Position numbers and translations under genes: made by a program | Notes under the pieces: generated by a model | Told to the model about the DNA's origin: nothing | Database searches by the model: none | What the model saw: only the letters and a program-made list of their open reading frames with translations | In this document: in pieces, positions 40,901 to 50,127 of the stretch | Layout of the letters: every line of letters starts with the position of its first letter | How positions within the stretch are numbered: the stretch's first letter is position 1 | Source: an uncultured Chloroflexia bacterium | GTDB taxonomy: Bacteria; Chloroflexota; Anaerolineae; CG2-30-64-16 | Reading direction: 5' to 3' | Assembly: GCA_963774265.1 (NCBI GenBank) | Contig: CAVZDU010000003.1 | Location: forward strand, 352,001 to 416,000 | Length of the DNA: 64,000 nt

Positions 40901-42334
40901 TCAGGCGCGGTTCTCCACGTTCTGCCCTGTCGATAGGCGCACGGCCGGATCACCGATAATGGCGTAGCCGCGCGCATCATTGTTGGCCATCCACATGTGG
41001 GCCAACTCGTAGGGGTCGACCTTCAACCCCGCTTCGATCTCTTCCAGCTCATCGGTCAGCACCGTCGACAGCTCGGCCCAGCGTTGATTGAAGTATTCGA
41101 GCGCTGAGCCGATGGGGTGGCCGTCGAGCAGGCGCTGGAGCGTACTCTCGAAGACGGTTGTCTGCGCTCCCGCATCCGGCCAATCGAAGGAAAAGGACCA
41201 GGCGCGTTCGATGTGGCCGACCACTGCGAGCGCGCCGCCGCGGGGGTGGGATAGCATTTTCTTCGGCAGCTCCGCGGTAAAGGAGAATGGCGCGATGGGC
41301 CTCGGCTGCGCGAAGGCCTGTTTCGAATACTCGTCCACCCTGGGCGTGCCCGCCCCATAACATGCGAAGAAGAAGGCCACCATGCCCAGAAGGTTGGCGC
41401 TTTCAGCCAGGTCTTCGCCGGCAAAATAGTGGTCGCGTGAGATCGGCCGCCTGCCCCAGGCCTCTGGCCCAGGCCAATCCTGGCAAAGCAGAGCGCCCTG
41501 GTGCTGCATCTGACGCGGGTCGTCGAACGGAAACTCCATCCCGTGGCTCCCGGTCATGAGCAGGGCGGGCGCTTCGGGTCCCCCCAGAAGTGCCTGTAGT
41601 CGCGCCTTGGTCGCGCCATCCCGCAGGACCGACCGGATGTCCCAACCGGAACTCTTCGCACTGAAGGCCTTGTAGAGAGGTTCGATGAGGTTGCCGGTGG
41701 AGAGCGTCGTTGCACGGTCGCCGGGGTTGGCGACTCCGAAAAATGTGGCGGTGCGGGGCGGCGTGGTGTCAAGTTTTTCCGCGGCGACCACGCTGCCCGC
41801 ATAGCTGGCATACTCCTGTAATGTGTCAAAATCGAGACGGCCGACGGCATGTTGGACATCCAGCTCGTATTGAAACCGATAGGGGATCTCTTCAGGATGA
41901 CCGACAATCAAGAGGTAATAGGGAACCTTGTCAGGGTCGACCGGTCCCGGGCCAGCCCCGTAACGGCCGAGAAACCTCGATTTGGTGTCCGCGCCGCGGC
42001 GATAACCCTCCGCGCCGCTGAAGAGGCGAAAGTGGGGGCCGGCTTGCGTTTTGCGGAGCGCGAGGAGGTCTGTCAACGCCTCCTCGATGGCCGGGTCGGC
42101 GTCATCCGCGAAGATGATCCCCCAACCGGCCTCATCCAGCTTCTTGGGGTCGATCCCTTCCTTGAGGCCACGGTTCTCTTCGCTTTCGGTCAAGTGATAG
42201 CGAAGCTCCTTTGAATTCTCAGGTGTCCCAAGGCGCAGGATGACCGCCGCAAGTTCTTCGCCCGTCATGGGCGGTATTCCGTAGTCGCCGGTGGCGCCAT
42301 TGACGCCATTGAAGACGAGCTGCTTCTCGGACAT
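40901..42334 (-). CDS. peptidase C25 / caspase-hemoglobinase fold protein
   Basis: PYYLLIVG, AVGRL, LMTGSHG (His), FFFACYG (Cys), GGALAVVGH, IIGDPA. Confidence 0.78.
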   Translation of the reverse strand: MSEKQLVFNGVNGATGDYGIPPMTGEELAAVILRLGTPENSKELRYHLTESEENRGLKEGIDPKKLDEAGWGIIFADDADPAIEEALTDLLALRKTQAGPHFRLFSGAEGYRRGADTKSRFLGRYGAGPGPVDPDKVPYYLLIVGHPEEIPYRFQYELDVQHAVGRLDFDTLQEYASYAGSVVAAEKLDTTPPRTATFFGVANPGDRATTLSTGNLIEPLYKAFSAKSSGWDIRSVLRDGATKARLQALLGGPEAPALLMTGSHGMEFPFDDPRQMQHQGALLCQDWPGPEAWGRRPISRDHYFAGEDLAESANLLGMVAFFFACYGAGTPRVDEYSKQAFAQPRPIAPFSFTAELPKKMLSHPRGGALAVVGHIERAWSFSFDWPDAGAQTTVFESTLQRLLDGHPIGSALEYFNQRWAELSTVLTDELEEIEAGLKVDPYELAHMWMANNDARGYAIIGDPAVRLSTGQNVENRA

Positions 42335-42499
42335 GGGGCCTCCCCATCCACTCCCCAGAACCGCCCTGTGCGCTTTGCCGATTCCGTCACGCTGTCAACG
42401 TGAATTATACGTCCAGCCAGTCTTCCTGACAAGACAAATCAGGCACAAACATTGGATAACCACCGGTCGGGTATCGTTTTGAGTGCGCAGGTAAGGGCA

Positions 42500-42546
42500 G
42501 CCGCGTAGGTAGGGGCAGCCGCAGGTGCTGCCCCTACCTACGCGGC
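42500..42546. repeat. perfect 20-bp inverted repeat (GTAG REP-like or terminator) overlapping the metY stop
   Basis: gccgcgtaggtaggggcagc-cgcaggt-gctgcccctacctacgcggc. Confidence 0.8.
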
Positions 42547-43834
42547 GCTGGCCTCCAGCGCCTGATCCAGGTCCCACAGGATGTCGTCGATATCCTCGAG
42601 GCCGACGCTCAGGCGGATGAAGTCGGGCGTGACGCCGGCCGTCGCCAGCTCGTCCTCGCTGAGCTGGCTGTGCGTGGTGCGTGGCCGGATGGATGGCCAG
42701 GCTCTTGGCGTCGCCGACGTTGGCCAGGTGGCTGAAGAGCTTGCAGGCTCTCGATGAACCTGCTGGCCGGCCGCCACGCCGCCCTTGATGCCGAAGCCCA
42801 GGATCGCGCCCGGCGCCCTTGGGCAGATACTTCTTGGCCCGCTCGTGATCGGGATGGCTGGCCAGGCCCGGGATAGCTGACCCAGCTCACCCGCGGATGC
42901 GCCGTCCAGGAACTCGGCCACCGCCTGGGCGTTGGCCACGTGGCGATCCATGCGCAGGCTGAGGGTCTCGATGCCCTGGATGGTCTGCCAGCTATTGAAC
43001 GGCGCCTGGCAGGCGCCGATGTCGCGCAGGATCTGCACGCGCGCCTTGAGGATGAACGCCGGCGCGCCCAGGTCGGCGTAGACCAGCCCGTGGTACGATG
43101 GGTCGGGCGTGGTGAAGTTGGCGAAGCGGCCGCTGGTCCAGTCGAAGTTGCCGCCGTCGACGATCACGCCGCCGATGGTGGTGCCGTGGCCGCCGAGGAA
43201 CTTGGTGGTGCTGTGGACGACGATGTTGGCGCCCCACTCGAACGGCCGGCACAGGTAGGGCGTGGCGAAGGTGTTGTCGATCATGAGCGGGATGCGCGTG
43301 CTGCCTGGCCAGCGCCGCCACCTCCTCGAACGGGAAGACGCTGATGTCGGGATTGCCCAGCGTCTCGCCGTAGAGGATCTTGGTGTTGGGCCGGATCGCC
43401 TTCTCGAAGTCGCCCGGGTCGGTCGGATCGACGAAGGTCACGTCGATGCCGATGCGCGGGAAGGTGTAGGCGAACTGGTTGTAGGTGCCGCCGTAGAGCC
43501 GGCTGCTGGTGACGATGTGGTCGCCCGCGCCGCACAGGGTGAGGATCGCCATGGGCCTGCGCGGCGTGGCCGCTGACTGGCCGCCAGCGCGCCGACGCCG
43601 CCTTCCAGGTCTGGCCAGGCGCTGCTCGAGCACGTCGGTGGTCGGGTTCATGATGCGGGTGTAGATGTTGCCGAACTCCTTCAGGGCGAACAGATTGGCG
43701 GCGTGCTCGGTGTCGCGGAACTGGTAGCTGGTGGTCTGGTAGATCGGCACGGCGCGGCTGCCGGTGGTCGGGTCGGGCTGCTGGCCGGCGTGCAGTTGGC
43801 GGGTGGTGAAGCCGAGCTTGCGTTCGGTGATCAT
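42538..43834 (-). CDS. metY: O-acetylhomoserine aminocarboxypropyltransferase (multiple frameshifts)
   Basis: RAVPIYQTTSY, GNIYTRIMNPT, LYGGT, IDNTFATPYL, HSTTKFLGGHG, IRLSVGLE. Confidence 0.92.
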
Positions 43835-43897
43835 GGCTTGTTCCTCTCTTCATTCGGATGCGGCCTCCGCCGGCCGGGACTGTTGTTCACGCATCGC

Positions 43898-43937
43898 AAC
43901 AAAAACGCCCTCTCAGGCTGGCGTTCTGAGAGGGCGT
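43898..43937 (-). terminator. second terminator-like hairpin in the metY leader
   Basis: acgccctctcag/ctgagagggcgt followed on the minus strand by ttttgtt. Confidence 0.7.
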
Positions 43938-43973
43938 CCAAGATTCCTTCCGCTGTCAACGGATGCGCCTGCT

Positions 43974-44003
43974 AAAAAACAAATCCCCGCGGTCGGGGAT
44001 GAG
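43974..44003 (-). terminator. SAM riboswitch expression-platform terminator
   Basis: Minus strand ctcatccccg-accg-cggggat-ttgtttttt; ctcatc is complementary to the P1 gatgag. Confidence 0.75.
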
Positions 44004-44028
44004 CAGGAAGCAACGGGTGACGGATGTT

Positions 44029-44167
44029 CCTCTCATCTTCCAGATCCTGTCTGTTCCAGATACTGTCTGCCGGAATTGGCACCCGGACGTGTGACGTGCA
44101 TCACTGCCGCCCTCACCGGGTTGTCGAGGCTTCATCGGGCCGGTCCCTCCGCCTCTCTGGATAAGAA
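44029..44167 (-). promoter_or_regulatory. SAM-I (S-box) riboswitch
   Basis: Minus strand TTCTTATCCAGAGAGGCGGAGGGACCGGCCCGATGAAGCCTCGACAACC...GGTGCCAATTCC...GAAGATGAGAG upstream of metY. Confidence 0.96.
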
Positions 44168-44192
44168 ATGGGCATATTCGGTTGTGGGCGGG

Positions 44193-44222
44193 ACTATAGC
44201 AGAAGTTGCGGGAGGGTGTCAA
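44193..44222 (-). promoter_or_regulatory. sigma70 promoter of the metY leader
   Basis: Minus strand TTGACA-18 bp-TATAGT with extended TG. Confidence 0.75.
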
Positions 44223-44246
44223 ATCGCGGCTACGCCCCGCAGCCTT

Positions 44247-44951
44247 CTATTCACCCAATAGCAAGCGTCCGCAGTTGCCGCAATACACCAGCTCATCGCC
44301 GAACCGTGCGGCCTCCAGCTTGCTGGGCGGCACCGCGACCAGGCACGCGCTGCACTCATCGCCGTCCAACTCAGCCACTGCGCGGCCGCCGCGACGTGGT
44401 CGGAGAGTGTCGTATGTCCTCAGGATCTCCGCCGGGATGCCCCTGCGCGCCGCAGCCTGCCTGTCCTGCTCTCCGGGCAGCCGCGCTTTAAGCCTGGCCT
44501 GTTCGGTGCGAAGCGTTGCCTGCCGCGCGTCCCACTCAGCCGCCAGCCTGGCAACCTCGGCCCGCGCGTTGTCCAGCGTCACGGTCGCGGTCTCCAATGC
44601 CATCATGATTCCGAGCAGCTGATCCTCCACTGCGGCCTTCTGGTGTTGGTGTTGCGCAACATCGCGCTCCCCATCCTTCAACTCCCGCGGGCTCGTCACC
44701 TCGCCGCTGTAAAGCCGCTGCTCCGTCTTTTTGACCTTCTGCTCCAGCTCGGCCTCGTCCCGTTCGAGGCTCTGCTGCTCCGTGCGCAGGCGATCGACCT
44801 CCTTTTCGGCATCGCCGGCGCTGCGCCGCGTGGCAGTGAGCGCCGGTGGCTCGCGGAGAGCCTCTGCGATCTCGGTCAAACGCGTCTTTGTGGCGTCAAC
44901 GGCCAGGTCAATATCATTCAAATGCGCCAAGAGGAGAATGGATCGAGTCAT
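44247..44951 (-). CDS. coiled-coil protein with C4-type zinc ribbon (DUF164 family)
   Basis: RLYSG...SPREL, CSAC...CGNCGRLL. Confidence 0.9.
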   Translation of the reverse strand: MTRSILLLAHLNDIDLAVDATKTRLTEIAEALREPPALTATRRSAGDAEKEVDRLRTEQQSLERDEAELEQKVKKTEQRLYSGEVTSPRELKDGERDVAQHQHQKAAVEDQLLGIMMALETATVTLDNARAEVARLAAEWDARQATLRTEQARLKARLPGEQDRQAAARRGIPAEILRTYDTLRPRRGGRAVAELDGDECSACLVAVPPSKLEAARFGDELVYCGNCGRLLLGE

Positions 44952-45118
44952 CAGGCCTCCGAGGACGAAGTTGTCGGGGCAATTATACTTCATGCGGCGA
45001 CCTGTGCTACAATTTCCTGACTAATCCGGCGCCGCATCTCCTGCCGCGCCGCCACAGCGAACGCAGACCGATTGGGGATACGCCTCGGACTGCGGCGGCT
45101 GAAAGGGAGAATCACGCG

Positions 45119-45274
45119 ATGCGTAACCAGGGATCCAGCGCCAGCTTGATCGAGCTGGCCCTCATCATCGTTCTGATCGCCATCATCATCATGGCGATCC
45201 TGCTTATCATGGGCGATGATCTTCGGCTGTGGGTCGTCAACACCCTGCAGGGGCTTTTCGCAGGTCGCAGTTGA
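45119..45274 (+). CDS. Flp/pilin-like small membrane protein (51 aa)
   Basis: GGAG RBS; MRNQGSSASLIELALIIVLIAIIIMAILLIMG. Confidence 0.65.
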   Translation: MRNQGSSASLIELALIIVLIAIIIMAILLIMGDDLRLWVVNTLQGLFAGRS

Positions 45275-45281
45275 TTGGGCC

Positions 45282-46058
45282 ATGAGCCGGCAACAAGAAC
45301 GTCCGATGGCGGGCGTGCTCGACCGGCTGCAAGCTGCTGGCGGCCGTCTGTTGGACCTCATCTATCCGCCCCGGTGTCCCGGCTGCGGCCGCGTGGGCCG
45401 GCTTTTTTGTGCAGATTGCCGGGGGTCGGTCCAGGCGTATCCTCAATCGGTCTGCGTTCGCTGCGGCGGCGCGTTAGCGCATCGCGGCCTATGCGCGTCT
45501 TGCGCTGCCTCTCCCTCATGCCTCGAGGGCATCCACGCGGCCACGATATTCACCGATCCTATGCGGCAGGCAATCCACGAATTCAAGTATGAAGGTGTGG
45601 CTGACCTGGCCCTTCCGCTTGCTGAATGGCTGGTGGCCGCCTGGCACTTGCACCGCCTGGATGCCGACCTGATCGTCCCCGTCCCCTTGCACCCGAAGCG
45701 CGAGGCTGAGCGCGGCTATAACCAGTCCGCGCTGCTGGCGCGTGCGCTGGCCCGCGCGGTGGACGCGCCGGTGGCGCCTGCGGAGTTGGTCCGAACCGTG
45801 AGCACGCGGCCGCAGGTGGGGCTGACGGCCGAAGAGCGCAAGCGGAACATCGCGGGCGCGTTTCGCTGTGCGGGCGATGTCACCGGCCAACGCATCGTGC
45901 TGGTGGATGATGTGTGCACGACCGGCGCGACGCTGGAGGCGTGCGGCCAGGCGCTGCGCGACGCGGGTGCAGCCGGTGTGTGGGGTCTGACCCTGGCGCG
46001 GCCGGGTCCGGGTCTCAGTCGGGACGAAGCTGTTCGGGAATCCAACGATTCGCCGTGA
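45282..46058 (+). CDS. comF: ComF family protein (zinc ribbons plus PRTase domain)
   Basis: YPPRCPGC, FKY, VPVPLH, RGYNQ, LVDDVCTTGATL. Confidence 0.93.
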   Translation: MSRQQERPMAGVLDRLQAAGGRLLDLIYPPRCPGCGRVGRLFCADCRGSVQAYPQSVCVRCGGALAHRGLCASCAASPSCLEGIHAATIFTDPMRQAIHEFKYEGVADLALPLAEWLVAAWHLHRLDADLIVPVPLHPKREAERGYNQSALLARALARAVDAPVAPAELVRTVSTRPQVGLTAEERKRNIAGAFRCAGDVTGQRIVLVDDVCTTGATLEACGQALRDAGAAGVWGLTLARPGPGLSRDEAVRESNDSP

Positions 46059-46092
46059 TCCAGGCGCGCAGCTGATCCAGCCATGCGCGACC

Positions 46093-46124
46093 TTGACACG
46101 GGGCGGGCGCGGCCGTGATATAAT
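46093..46124 (+). promoter_or_regulatory. extended -10 promoter, probably leaderless
   Basis: TGaTATAAT ends at 46124, 6 nt before ATG 46131; TTGACA at 46093 has a 20-bp spacer. Confidence 0.65.
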
Positions 46125-46130
46125 GCGTTT

Positions 46131-46448
46131 ATGAATGATGAGGTTGCGTTTCATGTTCGGTCTGCGTTGCGCGAGGCTCACCCGACCTGGTCCATCCGCG
46201 CGGATCCGCCTGCGCTGACGCCTGAACGAATCGCCGCGGATGTGGCCGCGGCCTTCGCCGATCTGGATTGGCGACAGATCGAGCTCTCGCGCCAGTTCAC
46301 TCCCGCACAGAGGCTGCGACAGGTGGCCTCATTAAATGACTTCCTGCGCCACGCGGTGCTGGCCGCGATCCGGAGGGAAGAGCCGGACATCAGCACGGAG
46401 GCGCTGCAGCGCAGATATCTGGAGCGCATTGGGATACTGATCCCATGA
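46131..46448 (+). CDS. small helical protein, putative antitoxin partner of the nucleotidyltransferase
   Basis: FTPAQRL...AIRREEPDIS; ATGA overlap with the next gene. Confidence 0.65.
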   Translation: MNDEVAFHVRSALREAHPTWSIRADPPALTPERIAADVAAAFADLDWRQIELSRQFTPAQRLRQVASLNDFLRHAVLAAIRREEPDISTEALQRRYLERIGILIP

Positions 46449-47041
46449 GCGCGCCGGATTTCTCCGCGTTTTTGCATTCGGTCATCAACACACTCGAACG
46501 GCTTGGACTGACATACGCCATTGGCGGTTCGGTGGCCAGTTCCATCTACGGGGATCCCCGGTCAACACGCGATGTTGACATCAGCGTTGTGCTGCCTGCT
46601 GATGAGTCGTATCGCTTTGCGTCCGTGTTTCAGCAGCTTGGCTACTATTGCCCGTTCGACGTCGTCCTCGATGCGCTCATCGCCAATCAACCCTTCAACA
46701 TCATCGATGCCATGAGTGGGTTCAAGGCAGACATCTTCTTGATACCGCCAGACAATCCCTCTGACCACGAACGCGCGATCATACAGCGCAGGCGACGTCA
46801 GGTCTACGACGACAGAACACAAGCGGACGCCGTGCTCTACTCCCCGGAAGACGTCGTGGTGTACAAGCTCAAGTACTATGTGATGGGCCAGATACCGAAA
46901 CACCTGCGTGACATCGCGGGCATCCTGGCAGCGCAGGGTGATCGGCTCGACCTGGATTACATCGCCTACTGGGCCGAAAGGTTCGGAGGTGGGGATGTGT
47001 GGAAGCAGATCCTGCTGGAGTACCGCAACACACGCCCCTGA
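46445..47041 (+). CDS. nucleotidyltransferase family protein (DUF6036-like)
   Basis: YAIGGSVAS..YG.PRSTRDVD, KADIF, SPEDVVVYKL, KHLRDI. Confidence 0.8.
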   Translation: MSAPDFSAFLHSVINTLERLGLTYAIGGSVASSIYGDPRSTRDVDISVVLPADESYRFASVFQQLGYYCPFDVVLDALIANQPFNIIDAMSGFKADIFLIPPDNPSDHERAIIQRRRRQVYDDRTQADAVLYSPEDVVVYKLKYYVMGQIPKHLRDIAGILAAQGDRLDLDYIAYWAERFGGGDVWKQILLEYRNTRP

Positions 47042-47146
47042 AGATCACGAATTTCAACACCATGATCATAATTACTAACTGGGACCGCCGTTACGTTGGC
47101 CCCATCTGGGGCGCCAGCCGGACCTCTTCGTTGTCCGAAGTTGCTG

Positions 47147-47175
47147 TTGACATTTCCCCACACCCCGCGTACAAT
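47147..47175 (+). promoter_or_regulatory. sigma70 promoter of hpf
   Basis: TTGACA-17 bp-TACAAT. Confidence 0.78.
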
Positions 47176-47286
47176 CGAGCCATCCACAGTCCGGCGGCCC
47201 TACGGCTTCGAGGCCATCAGTGCTTACCTTTCGCCGTTGGCAGCTCGGAGCAACGCTCCGCCACGATTACGGAAAGGAGACGGCGT

Positions 47287-47850
47287 ATGCAACTCACCAT
47301 TACCGGCAAGAACATCGAGATCAACGACACGGTGCGCAAGTACGTGGAGAAGAAAATCGGCCGGTTAGATCGCTATTTGGCCAACATTATTGATGGGCGA
47401 GTGGAACTCGAAAAGGATGAAGGGGCTCGCGCGGCCGATGACCGCCAGATCGCCCAGGTGACGCTCCGCACCAAGAACGTGGTGCTCCGCGCGGAGGAAG
47501 CATCAGGCGACATCTTCACTTCCATTGACGCGGTTGTCGATAAGATGCAGCGCCAGGCTGACCGGTACAAGGGCAAACGCTGGGCGAAGCGGATCGAGGA
47601 TGCACAGGAAGCAGCCACCGCGGCCGTGTTGCAGACCACCGAGGAGGAAGAGGCGGCGGAGGAAGAGCCGACAGTCTCACGCGTCAAGCACTTCCGCATG
47701 GTCCCCATGGATGAAACCGAAGCCATCGCGCAGATGGAGCTCCTGGGCCATGACTTCTATGTGTTCTATAATGCCAACCAGAGCCAGATCAACGTGCTCT
47801 ACCGCCGGCGGAACGGCCAATATGGCTTGATCCAGCCTGAGCTCGCCTGA
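47287..47850 (+). CDS. hpf: long ribosome hibernation promoting factor (RaiA/HPF)
   Basis: ITGKNIE, YVEKKI, SIDAVVDK, PMDETEAIAQMELLGHDF, YRRRNGQYGLI. Confidence 0.95.
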   Translation: MQLTITGKNIEINDTVRKYVEKKIGRLDRYLANIIDGRVELEKDEGARAADDRQIAQVTLRTKNVVLRAEEASGDIFTSIDAVVDKMQRQADRYKGKRWAKRIEDAQEAATAAVLQTTEEEEAAEEEPTVSRVKHFRMVPMDETEAIAQMELLGHDFYVFYNANQSQINVLYRRRNGQYGLIQPELA

Positions 47851-47872
47851 TCCTGTTGTTCGGATAGTCGCT

Positions 47873-47907
47873 GCCCCCGGGGATCATTGTCTCCGGGGGC
47901 CTTTATT
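47873..47907 (+). terminator. probable terminator after hpf
   Basis: gcccccgggga/tctccgggggc followed by ctttatt. Confidence 0.65.
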
Positions 47908-48415
47908 GGAGCCCTTGTTGAAGACGATTCTCTTCGTTTGTACGGCCAATATTTGCCGTTCGCCGATGGCGGCGGCCATCATGCGAGACCGGATCACTAC
48001 GGCTGGCCTGGCGGCAGAGGTCCAGGTGATCTCGGCGGGCGTGTGGGCCGAGTCGGGCGCCAGGGCCAGCGCTAACGCGGCAGTCGTATTGCGCGGCAGC
48101 GACATCGATCTCACAAGCCATCGCTCCCAACCCCTCACCCCGGCCCTGCTGCGAGAGGCGGACATCATCCTGGTGATGGAAGAGTCGCACCGCCGGTCCA
48201 TTTTCTACATGGCGCCCGAACACCTGGCGAAGGTGTTCCTGGTGACCGAGATGGTAGGCGGGTATGATGACATCTCCGACCCGTACGGCGGCCCCTTCGA
48301 AGAGTATGTGCAGACGGCCAGCCTTCTTGCCGCGCTCATCGACAATGGCATGCCCAGGATTCTGAAACGAATCGGCGTCACTTCGGGGGACGCACCAGGT
48401 ACCAGTGGGGCATGA
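47906..48415 (+). CDS. low-molecular-weight protein tyrosine/arginine phosphatase
   Basis: FVCTANICRSPMA, ADIILVM, DISDPYG; start may be TTG 47918. Confidence 0.92.
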   Translation: MEPLLKTILFVCTANICRSPMAAAIMRDRITTAGLAAEVQVISAGVWAESGARASANAAVVLRGSDIDLTSHRSQPLTPALLREADIILVMEESHRRSIFYMAPEHLAKVFLVTEMVGGYDDISDPYGGPFEEYVQTASLLAALIDNGMPRILKRIGVTSGDAPGTSGA

Positions 48416-49146
48416 AACCGTAATAGAATCCGAGCAGCGCGCTCAACTTGAACCCGATCCACCCATCGCGCCAGCCCTGTAAGGTGACATAACGCCGCCA
48501 GAATTCGCGAAGCGGCTGGCGCACGAACTTGTGGGGCCACGGCTTGATCCCGCGCTCCACCAGGATGCGGGCCTCCAGGGCCGCGTAGCGCCGCTGCTTG
48601 GCGTGGAACTGTGCCCAATCGTCATAGTTGTAGTGCAGCATCGGCTCTTGCAGGTGGCCTGATGCGCCCTCCAGTATGACCACCTCATGCACGGGTCGAT
48701 CGGGGTCGTATCGGGCACGATCCCGACGCAGCAGCCGGAGCTGATAGTCCGGGTAGAACCCCCCGTAGTGGACCTGTTTCCCAACGATGAAATTATGCCG
48801 CGGCACCCACCAGCCGTTCTCCTCGCGGACCAGCATCTGACGCACTTCGGTCGCCAGCAGCAGGGTGATGCGTTCGTCGGCATCGACAAAGAAGTATCCA
48901 CTCGGCATCCACGGCGTCCAACGCTGCGTTGCGTTGACCGGCGAAGTTATCGAAAGGCCGCTGGATCACCTCTGCGCCGGCGGCCTGCGCCAGCTCTGCG
49001 GTCCCATCCGTGCTGAACGAGTCGGAAACTACGATCCTGTCCGCGAAGCGCACCGTTTCGATGCAGTCGACGATATGCTTTGCGGCGTTCTTGGTCAATA
49101 TCACAACCGTCAATTCGACACGGTCCGGCTCACGATTCGGGATCAT
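48378..49146 (-). CDS. glycosyltransferase family 2 (frameshift near 48895)
   Basis: VVILTKN, DSFSTDGT, QRNAAL, VDADE, YPDYQLRL, VHE. Confidence 0.88.
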
Positions 49147-50127
49147 GGCGCACCCCTTTGGGAGAACATCTCAGATACGGCAGCGGCAGCCTGCCTGCGA
49201 TCGGCCAGCTCGGCCGCGGTGATTTCCCCGCGCCGAGCGGCCGCCTGCGCCCTGCGCTGCTCCGCAGCCATGCCGAGCCGCACGATCCGCGCGGCCAGAC
49301 GTTGTCGCGACGGGCTATAGAATCTACGGTACAACCGCTGCCGGCTGCGCCAGAGGTTGAGCGTGGACTGGCTGCGAAATTGCCGGGTGCTGGCGCCGCC
49401 GTGATGAATCACCCGGGCACGCGGCACACAGAAGAACGACCAGCCCGCGCGTTGCATGCGCCAACACCAGTCGACTTCTTCCGCGTACATGAAATAGCCT
49501 TCGTCCAGCAGCCCGGCGGCCTCGATCGCCTCGCGGCGCACCATCAGGCTGGCGCCCAGGGCAAAGTCGATGGGGAAGGGTTGGCCCGTGTCATAGAGTG
49601 ATCGGGAATACCGGCCATTGAGTTGGGTGTCGAGCAGCCGGCGGGGTCGCGGTGGGAACAGGTCGAACCAGAGTTGGAGCAGCCCGGGAAACGCGAAATG
49701 CGCCGTGCTGGAACCTGCCGTCGGGGTATTGGAGCTGCGCACCAACGCCGCCCGCCTGGGGATGCGCCAGCAGGTGCGCCGCCATCTGCCCGATCGCGTC
49801 GGCCAGCGGCTCCGCGTCCGGGTTGAGCAGCAACACGAGGTCCGGCCGCGGCCCATCCCCGTCGCCGAACCCACATGCGCGTAGTGCGAGGTTGTTCCCC
49901 CCGGCAAAGCCAGGGTTGTCCTGCCGTGCGATCAGGGTCGCCTGGGGGAACTCGGCTGCAACCAGCTCCGCGCTGCCGTCACCCGATGCGTTATCGACGA
50001 CCCACACCGCCGCATCCAGCTCGGGACTGCGCGCCAGGCTCGCGTAGGTCGCAGCCAGGCACGCCCGGAGGAGGTCCCGCACTTTATAGCTGACGAGGAT
50101 GATCGCCAGGGTGGTTCGCCGCGTCAT
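49143..50127 (-). CDS. glycosyltransferase family 2, WbbL-like (frameshift near 49700)
   Basis: VVDNASGDGS, GFAGGNN, LLNPD, DEGYFMYAEEVDWC, HHGGAS. Confidence 0.88.

Noticed and set aside
42538-43834. metY as a true pseudogene
   Set aside because: Promoter, riboswitch and catalytic motifs are intact and only indels are seen; sequencing error is more likely, though unproven
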